NCBI GenBank assembly: GCA_965222215.1
Contig: OZ244931.1
Coordinates: 259,517-323,516, forward strand
Direction of reading: 5' to 3'
DNA from: Alphaproteobacteria bacterium
GTDB taxonomy: Bacteria > Pseudomonadota > Alphaproteobacteria > UBA6615
DNA: 64,000 nucleotides
Positions 55,979-64,000 of this stretch are shown piece by piece. The notes below the pieces were generated by a model. It did no database searches. It saw only the letters and a program-made list of their open reading frames with translations, and was not told the origin of the DNA. Made by a program: the position numbers and the translations under genes. Numbering within the stretch: position 1 is the stretch's first letter; the number at the start of each line of letters is the position of its first letter.

Positions 55979-56716
55979 TCAGGCGTAACTTCTCGCCAAC
56001 TCCGAAAGTATCGCCGCCAGCTCCCCTGGCGCTGAAAGCTGCGGCGCGTGGTCCGTATCCAGTGAATACAGTTTTCCGACCGGCGTTTCCGAGTACATCC
56101 GCTTCTGCAGCTCGGGAAACACGGACCTGTCCTGCAGGGTCTCGATATAGACCCGCGGTATGCTGCCGAACTTCTCCGCCGACAGTTGCAGCTTCGAACG
56201 CCGCCCACCCTCGGGCTGCGGCGTCAGTTTCGCGGCGGCGGCGGCTGCGTCGTCCGGGTCGGCGGTGTTGTAGAACACGTCGACGGCGGAGGCCGGGTCG
56301 ATCATCGAGGCGTGGTTGTCGTCGGAATAGGTGACGCGCGCGTGGGCGCCGGTCATCCAGTCCTCCCAGGCACGTTCGTAGAAATCGACAATGGAATCCC
56401 CGTCCGGCAGCAGGAACGCGCACAGGTAGACGGCGAGCGAGATTTTCTCCGGCCGCAGTTCCGAGACCTGCGATGCCACCGTGCCGCCCATGGAATGCCC
56501 GACCACGATCACCGGCGCGTCGGCTTCGTCGATCAGGCCCGCGACGGTCTCCGCGTACAGCATGGTCGTCACGTCGCCCGGCGGCGTCTCGTCATGGCCG
56601 TCGCCGGGCAGATCGACCGCGATGGCCCTGTGGCCTCCGGCCTCCAGCAACGGCACCAGCCGCTCCCAGGCCCAGGCCCCCTGCCACGCGCCGTGGATGA
56701 GCAGGAACGTCGCCAT
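55979..56716 (-). CDS. Alpha/beta hydrolase (methylesterase-like).
   Basis: N-terminus FLLIHGAWQGAWAW and nucleophile GHSMGG. Confidence 0.8.
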   Translation of the reverse strand: MATFLLIHGAWQGAWAWERLVPLLEAGGHRAIAVDLPGDGHDETPPGDVTTMLYAETVAGLIDEADAPVIVVGHSMGGTVASQVSELRPEKISLAVYLCAFLLPDGDSIVDFYERAWEDWMTGAHARVTYSDDNHASMIDPASAVDVFYNTADPDDAAAAAAKLTPQPEGGRRSKLQLSAEKFGSIPRVYIETLQDRSVFPELQKRMYSETPVGKLYSLDTDHAPQLSAPGELAAILSELARSYA

Positions 56717-57709
56717 TCAGTCCTTGTCGGCTTTGAGTCGGGTGGAGGTGTATTTCTCCACGCGGTACGGCCCGGAATAGACCGGCGGATACTTTGGCGG
56801 GTTGTCCGCGTCGGTGCAGGTCGGGATGCAGGCGATCTCGGCGTCGTAGTTCGGATGGTGGAAGAACACCACCGACAGCCGGTCCGCCGCGTCGCCCGCG
56901 TCGTCCGGTGGGATCGCGACCCGGTGCGGGTTCGAGACGAATCGGTCGTTGGTCCAGCGCATCATCAGGTCGCCGATGTTGATGACGAAGGCATCCGCCG
57001 GTGTCGAGACGTCGATCCACGTGCCCGCCCGCGTGCGCACCTGCAGGCCGCCGGGCCGGTTCTCGCTCAGCAGGATCGTGAAGGTGCCGTAATCCGTATG
57101 CGTGCCGGCGCGGAGCTGGCCGGGCAGCGGATCGGACTCGGGCGGCGGGTAGCGGATGATCCGCAGCGCACCGATCTGCCGGTCGGTGTAGGCGCGGAAG
57201 AAGTCCGGCGGCAGGTCGAGCGCGCGGGCGAAGATTTCCTCAATGATCGCGCCGAGTTGCTCCAGCCGCTTGTAGTAGGCGGTCGCCGCCGCGCGGTACG
57301 TGGCCGGCTCCTCGGGATACACATTCTCAATGAAGTGCGCCGCCGCTGCCGGGTCCGTATGATAGGCATCGGCCGGGAAGTCCGGCGGGCCCATGTGGAA
57401 CACTTCCTTCAGGTCCGGCGGCGTTTCCTCGCCGGACCCGTAGGCGAGTCCCTCGTCGCCGATGGCGCGGTAGCCGCGCGGCACGCCGGGGGTCGGGTGG
57501 GTGACGGTGTTCTTTTCGGATGCGGGCCGGGCAAAGAAGGCGCGCGCGTTGTCGCGCAAATTCTCAATGATGTCGGGCTCGACCCCGTGGCCGACGATGG
57601 TGAAAAAGCCGATGCCCTCGCAGGCCTCGCGCACCTGCTGGACCACATCGTCATGCTCGCCCGCGAGAAACGGCGCGATATCGATGACGGGGACGGTTTG
57701 TTCGCTCAT
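56717..57709 (-). CDS. 2OG-Fe(II) oxygenase (IPNS-like).
   Basis: HxD...H motif (GTHTDYGTFTIL...NPHRV). DIOX_N region at the N-terminus. Confidence 0.85.
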   Translation of the reverse strand: MSEQTVPVIDIAPFLAGEHDDVVQQVREACEGIGFFTIVGHGVEPDIIENLRDNARAFFARPASEKNTVTHPTPGVPRGYRAIGDEGLAYGSGEETPPDLKEVFHMGPPDFPADAYHTDPAAAAHFIENVYPEEPATYRAAATAYYKRLEQLGAIIEEIFARALDLPPDFFRAYTDRQIGALRIIRYPPPESDPLPGQLRAGTHTDYGTFTILLSENRPGGLQVRTRAGTWIDVSTPADAFVINIGDLMMRWTNDRFVSNPHRVAIPPDDAGDAADRLSVVFFHHPNYDAEIACIPTCTDADNPPKYPPVYSGPYRVEKYTSTRLKADKD

Positions 57710-57825
57710 GGCACGATGGTAGCGCGGCAGCCCGCGAGCGTCGAACCCCCACGGTCGTCGTCCCTGCGGCCGCCCTCGCGTCCTGCGCGTTGGCGGAAAC
57801 AGACCTGGGGAACCATCAACTCAGA

Positions 57826-57880
57826 CGATTGCCCGGCCCGGCATCGGCGTCAATGGACCCTTGCCTTCGCAGGGGTGACG
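57826..57880. repeat. Family B repeat, partial or degenerate half-copy (B4).
   Basis: CGGCATCGGCGTCAATGGACCCTTGCCTTCGCAGGGGTGACG matches the right half of B1/B2. Confidence 0.4.
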
Positions 57881-57962
57881 AGCGGGTCTTGCCCCAGCTT
57901 CAAGGGCGTCTCTCGAACAACCTCAGGATGAGGGCTCAGTCGTGCAATTTGGTCGGCGCTTC

Positions 57963-58745
57963 TTACCCCCGCGCTGACCGCGAATGCTGGCCGCCGTCGG
58001 CCATGATGACAGTGCCGGACACCCACATCGCCTTCGGGCTGGCGAGGTAGGCCGCGAGCCAGCCCATTTCTTCGGGCTTGCCGGGGCGGCCGCCGGGCAG
58101 CGCCTTGTGGGTCTCGCGCCAGCGGGTCTCGTCGCCGAATTCCATGTCCGCGTTGATCTTGGCCTGGCTGACCAGCCGTTCGGTCTCGATGGGGCCGGGG
58201 TTGATGCCGACGACGCGCACGCCGTGGTCGAGGCTTTCCGCGCCGAGTGCGCGGGTGAGCTGCATCAGCGCGGCGTTGCCCATGGACCCGGCGATGTAGC
58301 CCGCACGCGGGCGCTCCCCGGCCATGCCGATCACGTTGACGATGGCGCCGTCGCCGCGCTCGCACATGCGCGGATAGATTCCCCGGATCAGGCTCACGAA
58401 GCCGAAGACCTTCAGGTCCCACGCGCTCCTGATTGTGTCGTTGTCCAGCCGCGACAGGTCGCCCGCGGGGATCGCACCGGCGTTGTTGACCAGGATATCG
58501 CAATCTCCGGCGGCGTCGATCAGCTTCGCCGCGTCCGCCTCGTTCGACAGGTCCAGCGCGTGAACCGTCGCCTGCGCGCCGAAGCGTGCGTTCAGGTCGT
58601 CGCGCACGGCGTTGAGATCGGCCTCGGTGCGGGAGACGAGGTGCAGCGAGGCGCCTTCTTCGGCCAGTACCTCGGCGACGGCCTTGCCGATCCCTTTGCT
58701 CGCGCCCGTGACGATGGCGGTCTTGCCGCTGAGTTCCAGATCCAT
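57963..58745 (-). CDS. SDR-family oxidoreductase.
   Basis: TGASKGIG cofactor motif, NNAG, and YxxxK-like catalytic region. Confidence 0.85.
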   Translation of the reverse strand: MDLELSGKTAIVTGASKGIGKAVAEVLAEEGASLHLVSRTEADLNAVRDDLNARFGAQATVHALDLSNEADAAKLIDAAGDCDILVNNAGAIPAGDLSRLDNDTIRSAWDLKVFGFVSLIRGIYPRMCERGDGAIVNVIGMAGERPRAGYIAGSMGNAALMQLTRALGAESLDHGVRVVGINPGPIETERLVSQAKINADMEFGDETRWRETHKALPGGRPGKPEEMGWLAAYLASPKAMWVSGTVIMADGGQHSRSARG

Positions 58746-58975
58746 GCTTCTTCCTCCGGTTATTCTTGGCCCGAACGCTAGTTTTCCGGCCGGGCAAAGG
58801 CAACCGAATCACAGGGAAATCAGCCGGATAAGCCCTTGTCAGGGCCGGGCAGCGCCGGTATAACCGCCGCCGTTTCAAAAATAGCGACGGTCTGGCAGGG
58901 CGAGTAGTAACGCCCGGGGCAGCCTACCCGTCGAGCACACGCGCAAGCGTCAACCCGCAAAGAGCGAGGACAACA

Positions 58976-59182
58976 ATGCCCAAGATGAAGACGAAGTCTT
59001 CGGCGAAGAAGCGTTTCAGCTTCTCGGCGAACGGCAAGATCCGAATGAAACCTTCCGGCATGCGCCACGGCATGCGCAAGCGCTCTCAGTCCATGAAGCG
59101 CAAGGCGCGCAAGATCGGCAACATCGCGAAAGCGGATGAGCAGATCATCAAGCCGATGATGCCCTACCAGCGAAAGAGCTAG
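58976..59182 (+). CDS. rpmI: 50S ribosomal protein L35.
   Basis: [14 protein letters not shown]... canonical L35. Confidence 0.95.
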   Translation: MPKMKTKSSAKKRFSFSANGKIRMKPSGMRHGMRKRSQSMKRKARKIGNIAKADEQIIKPMMPYQRKS

Positions 59183-59186
59183 GCCC

Positions 59187-59552
59187 ATGTCACGCGCAAA
59201 AAGCACCGTTCAGCGCCACGCACGGCGCAAGAAAGTCCTGAAGGCTGCCAAGGGCTACCGGGGCCGGAATTCCAAGGTCTATCGCGTCGCGAAAGAGCGG
59301 GTCGAGAAGGGCCTGCAGTACGCCTACCGCGATCGCCGGGTGAAGAAGCGGAACTTCCGTTCGCTCTGGATTCAGCGCATCAACGCGGGTGCACGCCAGC
59401 ACGGCATGACCTATTCGCAGTTCATGGCGGGCCTCAAGCAGGCCGGGATCGAACTGGATCGCAAGGTCCTCGCCGACCTCGCCGTGCGGGAGCCCGACGC
59501 GTTCAAGGACATCGTCGAGCAGGCACAGAGCGCGCTGGGCGCATCGTCCTGA
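59187..59552 (+). CDS. rplT: 50S ribosomal protein L20.
   Basis: [30 protein letters not shown]... canonical L20. Confidence 0.95.
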   Translation: MSRAKSTVQRHARRKKVLKAAKGYRGRNSKVYRVAKERVEKGLQYAYRDRRVKKRNFRSLWIQRINAGARQHGMTYSQFMAGLKQAGIELDRKVLADLAVREPDAFKDIVEQAQSALGASS

Positions 59553-59590
59553 CGTCGCCGGTCCGCCGAGGCGGAGCCAACGGGTGAACC

Positions 59591-60679
59591 ATGACCGCGC
59601 CTGATCCCTCCGAGTTGCAGGAGTCCCTGCTCGCTGACGTGTCGGCGGCGGACAGCCTCGACGCGCTTGAGGCCGTGCGCGTGGCTGCACTCGGCAAGAA
59701 GGGTGCGATCACGGCGCAGATGAAGGGCCTCGGCCAGCTCGACGGGGACACCCGCAAGGAAGCCGGCCAGGCGCTGAACCGGGTCAAGGACGCGGTCGCC
59801 AACGCCATCGCCGCGCGCCAGGCGGAACTCGATGCCGTCGCGCTCGAAGCGCGGCTGGCGGAGGAGACGGTCGACGTCACCCTGCCGCCGCGCCCGCGCC
59901 CCGCGGGCCACCTGCATCCGGTCAGCCAGGTCACGGAGGAGTGCATCGCCATCTTCGGCGAGATGGGCTTCACCGTCGCCGAGGGCCCGGACATCGAGGA
60001 CGATTTCCACAACTTCACAGCGCTCAACATCCCGCCGGAGCATCCCGCCCGGCAGATGCACGACACCTTCTATCTGGCCGCGGAGGAGGGCCGGCCGGCG
60101 CCGGTGCTGCGCACCCACACCTCGCCGGTTCAGATCCGTACGATGGAGACCTCCAAACCGCCGATCCGCATCATCGCGCCGGGGCGCACCTACCGGTCGG
60201 ACTCCGACGCGACCCACACGCCGATGTTCCACCAGATCGAGGCGCTGGTCGTCGACGAGACGACCCATATGGGCCACCTCAAGGGCTGCATCATCGATTT
60301 CTGCCGCGCCTTCTTCGACATACCAGATCTGCCGGTCCGCTTCCGGCCGAGCCATTTCCCGTTCACCGAACCCTCGATGGAGGTCGATATCGGCTGCTCG
60401 CGCGAGGGCGGCGAGTTGCGCATCGGCAACTTCGGCGAGGGCGCGGACAACTGGCTGGAGATCATGGGCTCCGGCATGGTCCATCCGAAGGTCCTGGAAT
60501 ATGGCGGCATCGATCCGTCGAAATACCAGGGCTTCGCCTTCGGCATGGGGATCGACCGGATTGCGATGCTGAAATACGGCATCCCTGACCTGCGCACCTT
60601 CTTCGACGCCGACATCCGCTGGCTGCAGCACTACGGCTTCGTGCCGCTGGCGGTGCCGTCGATGGTTCGCGGGCTGTAG
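59591..60679 (+). CDS. pheS: Phenylalanine--tRNA ligase alpha subunit.
   Basis: Class II motifs 1-3 ([20 protein letters not shown]). Confidence 0.95.
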   Translation: MTAPDPSELQESLLADVSAADSLDALEAVRVAALGKKGAITAQMKGLGQLDGDTRKEAGQALNRVKDAVANAIAARQAELDAVALEARLAEETVDVTLPPRPRPAGHLHPVSQVTEECIAIFGEMGFTVAEGPDIEDDFHNFTALNIPPEHPARQMHDTFYLAAEEGRPAPVLRTHTSPVQIRTMETSKPPIRIIAPGRTYRSDSDATHTPMFHQIEALVVDETTHMGHLKGCIIDFCRAFFDIPDLPVRFRPSHFPFTEPSMEVDIGCSREGGELRIGNFGEGADNWLEIMGSGMVHPKVLEYGGIDPSKYQGFAFGMGIDRIAMLKYGIPDLRTFFDADIRWLQHYGFVPLAVPSMVRGL

Positions 60680-60713
60680 GGAACTGTGATGGTCGGTCGC
60701 CTTTCCCAAGATC

Positions 60714-60804
60714 GTCACCCCTGCGAAGGCAGGGGTCCATTGACTCAGGCGGTTGCCCGGTCGGGCATCGGCGATAATGGGTTCCTGCCTGCGCAGGAAC
60801 GACG
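60714..60804. repeat. Family B repeat (copy B2), in the pheS-pheT intergenic region.
   Basis: The first 40 nt are nearly identical to B1 (GTCACCCCTGCGAAGGCAGGGGTCCATTGACTCAG). Confidence 0.75.
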
Positions 60805-60828
60805 AGCGAGCGGATCGGAGGCTCTCCG

Positions 60829-63237
60829 ATGAAATTCACCCTCGGCTGGCTCAAGGATCATCTGGAGACGGAGGCGTCTCTCGACGAGATCGTCGAGACG
60901 CTCATTCAAATCGGCCTGGAGGTCGACACGGTCGACGACCCGGCGGCCAAGCTGTCGGCATTCCGCGTGGCCCATGTCGTCTCCGCCGAACAGCACCCCG
61001 ACGCCGACCGCCTGCAGGTCTGCATGGTCGACACCGGCGAGGAGACCGTCCAGGTCGTTTGCGGCGCGCCGAACGCGCGCGCGGGCATGAAGGGTGTGTT
61101 CGCGGCGTCGGGCACCTATGTGCCGGGCATCGACCTCGAACTGAAGAAGACGAAAATCCGCGGCGTCGAATCCAACGGCATGCTGGTCTCCGAGCGGGAG
61201 ATGGGCCTGTCCGACGAGCATGACGGCATCATCGACCTGCCCGAGGATTCGCCCGTCGGCACGCCGTTCGCCCGGGTGCTCGGCATCGACGACCCGGTCA
61301 TCGACATCGAACTCACGCCTAACCGGCCCGACTGCACGGGCGTGCGCGGCATCGCGCGCGATCTCGCCGCGGCGGGTCTGGGTACACTCAAGCCGTTCGA
61401 GGCCGCCGCGCCCGTCAACGGCAGCTACGACAGCCCGGTTACGTGGGCCATCGCGGATGACGGCAACGCCTGCCGGTACGTGGTCGGGCGCCATTTCCGC
61501 GGCGTCACCAACGGCCCGTCGCCGGACTGGGTTCAGGACCGCCTGCGCGCGGTCGGCCTGCGGCCGATCTCGGCGCTGGTCGACGTCACCAACTATGTCT
61601 CGCTGGATCTCGGCCGGCCGCTGCACGTGTTCGACGCGGGCAAGCTGAAGAACGACACGCTGACCATGCGCCATGCGCGTGACGGTGAGGACTTCAGGGC
61701 GCTGGTCGGCGACGACTACACGCTCGACGGCGAGATGACCGTCATCGGTGACGGCGACGTGGCCGAAGGCCTCGCCGGCGTCATGGGCGGGCTCGATTCG
61801 AGCTGCACCGAAGAGACCACCGAGGTGTTCCTCGAGGTCGCGCTGTTCGACCCGGTCTCCGTCGCCGCGACGGGCCGCAAGCTGCAGATCGATTCCGACG
61901 CGCGCTACCGGTTCGAGCGCGGGGTCGATCCCGAATCCGCCGAATGGGGCGCGGAGGTCGCGGCCCGCATGATCCTCGATTTCTGCGGCGGCGAGACCAG
62001 CAAGCCGGTGTCCGCCGGCGCGATGCCCGCGTGGCGGCGAGCGGTCGAGTTGCGGAGCGAACGGGTCGAGACCCTGGGCGGGGTCGATGTGCCCCACGCG
62101 CGCCAGGCCGAAATTCTCGAAGCCCTCGGCTTCGAGGTCACGCCGAGCGACGCGGGCGTATCCGCGTCCGTGCCGCCGTGGCGCCCGGACATCGGCGGCG
62201 AAGCTGACCTCGTCGAGGAAATCACTCGCATTCACGGCTTCGACCGCATTGCGCCGGTCTCGCTCGACCGAGACACCGCCCTGCCGTCCGTCGCGATCAC
62301 GCCGGGACAGCGCCGCACGAGCGCCGTCCGCCGCACGCTGGCCGCGCAGGGCCTTAGCGAGGCGGTCACCTGGTCCTTCATGGCCAGCACCCACGCCGAA
62401 CTGTTCGGCGTGCAGCCGGAAAGCCTGCGCCTCGCCAACCCGATCTCGTCCGAGCTCGACGCCATGCGGCCGTCGATCCTCGCCAACCTGCTGCAGGCCG
62501 CCGGCCGCAACGCCGACCGCGGTTTCGCGGATACTGGCCTGTTCGAACTCGGCCCGGCCTATGTCGACGCCACGCCCGACGGTCAGCTCCTGGTCGCGGC
62601 GGGCGTGCGCCACGGCAACGCCCATCCGGCCCACTGGTCCGGCAGTGCCCGCGCCGCCGACGCGCTCGACGCCAAGGCCGACGCCATGGCCGCGCTGGAA
62701 GCCGCTGGCGCACCGGTCGGCAACCTTCAGGTGAGCCGTGACGCGCCGGACTATTTCCACCCGGGCCGCTCAGCGGGGCTACGCCTCGGCAAGAACGTGC
62801 TCGCCTGGTTCGGGGAAATCCACCCGGCGGTGCTGCGCGGCCTCGACGTGCGCGGCCCGGCGGTGGGTTTCGAGGTGTTTCTCGACACGGTCCCGCCGGC
62901 CAAGAAATCGAAGAAGGGCGGCGGCGCGGCCCGCCCGCCGCTGCACCTGTCGGCCTTCCAGCCGGTCACCCGCGACTTCGCCTTCCTGGTCGACGCGGAC
63001 GTGCAGGCCGGCGACCTGCTCCGCGCCGCGCGCGGCGCCGACCGTGACCTCATCTCGGACGTGTCCCTGTTCGACGTCTACGAGGGCAGGAACATGGAGC
63101 CGGGCAAGAAGTCGCTGGCGATCCAGGCGACCCTTCAGCCGGTCGAGGCCACGCTCACCGACGCCGAAATCGACGAGATTTCAGCCAAGATCGTCGCGGC
63201 GGTCGAGAAGTCGACGGGCGGGACGCTGCGGGGTTAA
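60829..63237 (+). CDS. pheT: Phenylalanine--tRNA ligase beta subunit.
   Basis: tRNA-binding domain, B3/B4, B5 and FDX-ACB domains over 802 aa. SD GGAGG before the ATG. Confidence 0.95.
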   Translation: MKFTLGWLKDHLETEASLDEIVETLIQIGLEVDTVDDPAAKLSAFRVAHVVSAEQHPDADRLQVCMVDTGEETVQVVCGAPNARAGMKGVFAASGTYVPGIDLELKKTKIRGVESNGMLVSEREMGLSDEHDGIIDLPEDSPVGTPFARVLGIDDPVIDIELTPNRPDCTGVRGIARDLAAAGLGTLKPFEAAAPVNGSYDSPVTWAIADDGNACRYVVGRHFRGVTNGPSPDWVQDRLRAVGLRPISALVDVTNYVSLDLGRPLHVFDAGKLKNDTLTMRHARDGEDFRALVGDDYTLDGEMTVIGDGDVAEGLAGVMGGLDSSCTEETTEVFLEVALFDPVSVAATGRKLQIDSDARYRFERGVDPESAEWGAEVAARMILDFCGGETSKPVSAGAMPAWRRAVELRSERVETLGGVDVPHARQAEILEALGFEVTPSDAGVSASVPPWRPDIGGEADLVEEITRIHGFDRIAPVSLDRDTALPSVAITPGQRRTSAVRRTLAAQGLSEAVTWSFMASTHAELFGVQPESLRLANPISSELDAMRPSILANLLQAAGRNADRGFADTGLFELGPAYVDATPDGQLLVAAGVRHGNAHPAHWSGSARAADALDAKADAMAALEAAGAPVGNLQVSRDAPDYFHPGRSAGLRLGKNVLAWFGEIHPAVLRGLDVRGPAVGFEVFLDTVPPAKKSKKGGGAARPPLHLSAFQPVTRDFAFLVDADVQAGDLLRAARGADRDLISDVSLFDVYEGRNMEPGKKSLAIQATLQPVEATLTDAEIDEISAKIVAAVEKSTGGTLRG

Positions 63238-63503
63238 CCGGAAACTGTCCACGGACCGCTGTGGATAAGATGACGGTTTGGCGACATTGATGACAGAGCT
63301 TTGTGACAAACTGTGGATAGCGGCTCGAAAATACATAACCATATGATATTTAAATAGAAAAAGTATGATCCTGACTGTCGTATATTGTGGGTAATCTTAT
63401 GAAAACGATTCGTTGTTTCCCGAATATGACAGTTATCCCCATGTGTCACATTGTGTATGACAGCGAATATGACAGCCCCTGTTCCTGAATTGTTCCCCGC
63501 TCG
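63238..63503. promoter_or_regulatory. AT-rich (~40% GC) intergenic region with two DnaA-box-like 9-mers (TGTGGATAA 63260-63268, TGTGGATAG 63312-63320) and four copies of an ATGACAG motif.
   Basis: TGTGGATAA is the reverse complement of the TTATCCACA consensus. The motifs are direct repeats 52 bp apart. (A/T)ATGACAG occurs at ~63291, 63424, 63458 and 63470. Confidence 0.4.
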
Positions 63504-64000
63504 ATGACAGATCTTTCCCACATCCGCAATTTTTCGATCGTCGCCCACATCGACCATGGCAAGTCGACCCTGGCCGACCGGCTGATCCAGGAGACTGGCG
63601 GGCTGACCGAGCGGGAGATGTCCGAGCAGGTGCTCGACAATATGGAACTCGAGCGCGAGCGGGGGATCACCATCAAGGCGCAGACGGTGCGCCTGACCTA
63701 CACCGCGAAGGACGGCGAGACCTATCACCTGAACCTGATGGACACGCCGGGCCATGTGGACTTCTCCTATGAGGTCTCGCGCTCACTGGCCGCGTGCGAG
63801 GGCGCGCTGCTGGTGGTCGACGCCAGCCAGGGCGTGGAAGCCCAGACCCTCGCCAACGCCTATCTCGCCATCGACGCCGACCTCGAACTGGTCCCGGTCC
63901 TCAACAAGATCGACCTGCCGGCGGCCGAACCCGACCGGATCAAGCAGCAGATCGAGGATGTGATCGGGCTCGACGCGTCCGACGCGCTGGAGATTTCCGC
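63504..64000 (+). CDS. lepA: Elongation factor 4 (LepA), 3'-truncated by the window edge.
   Basis: N-terminus [22 protein letters not shown]... with G1-G4 GTPase motifs. Not in the ORF track because no stop codon falls within the window. Confidence 0.9.
   Translation, partial: MTDLSHIRNFSIVAHIDHGKSTLADRLIQETGGLTEREMSEQVLDNMELERERGITIKAQTVRLTYTAKDGETYHLNLMDTPGHVDFSYEVSRSLAACEGALLVVDASQGVEAQTLANAYLAIDADLELVPVLNKIDLPAAEPDRIKQQIEDVIGLDASDALEIS

Overview
This is a high-GC (~65-68%) window that looks alphaproteobacterial and is densely packed with genes. A conserved housekeeping block sits at 35-44 kb, all on the minus strand: kdsD, lptC, lptA, lptB, rpoN, hpf, ptsN, then rnd and uppP. A second housekeeping block runs thrS, infC, rpmI, rplT, pheS, pheT, with lepA cut off at the 3' edge. 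The rest is metabolic and accessory genes. Six items stand out:
- A four-gene, translationally coupled operon at 10.3-13.8 kb: GT2-like transferase, DUF2064 nucleotidyltransferase-like protein, an N-terminal CxxxCxxC radical SAM enzyme with a Cys-rich C-terminal domain (the ArsS / 'rSAM-selenodomain' type), and an APH-like kinase.
- A DsbA/FrnE-like gene at 21.1-21.7 kb with an in-frame TGA exactly where the first Cys of the CPWC redox motif should be, making it a candidate selenoprotein.
- A second, unrelated 476-aa radical SAM gene sharing an operon with a LuxR-type response regulator, convergent with a transporter-fused (SSF-type) hybrid histidine kinase at 0-4.6 kb.
- A low-GC islet at 29.25-31.1 kb encoding a secreted protein with Sel1 repeats and a nuclease-like domain whose DRGH catalytic motif appears lost.
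- Four families of palindromic MITE/REP-like intergenic repeats: A with 6 copies, B with 3.5 copies, C flanking an MFS gene, and D with 2 copies.
- An AT-rich 260-bp region with two DnaA-box-like motifs and a reiterated ATGACAG motif, just upstream of lepA.

No rRNA, tRNA or CRISPR arrays were seen. Several long ORFs in the six-frame track are antisense or over-extended artefacts of high GC; those were trimmed or rejected. Coordinates of internal starts were derived by amino-acid counting from the ORF-track endpoints and may be off by a codon.
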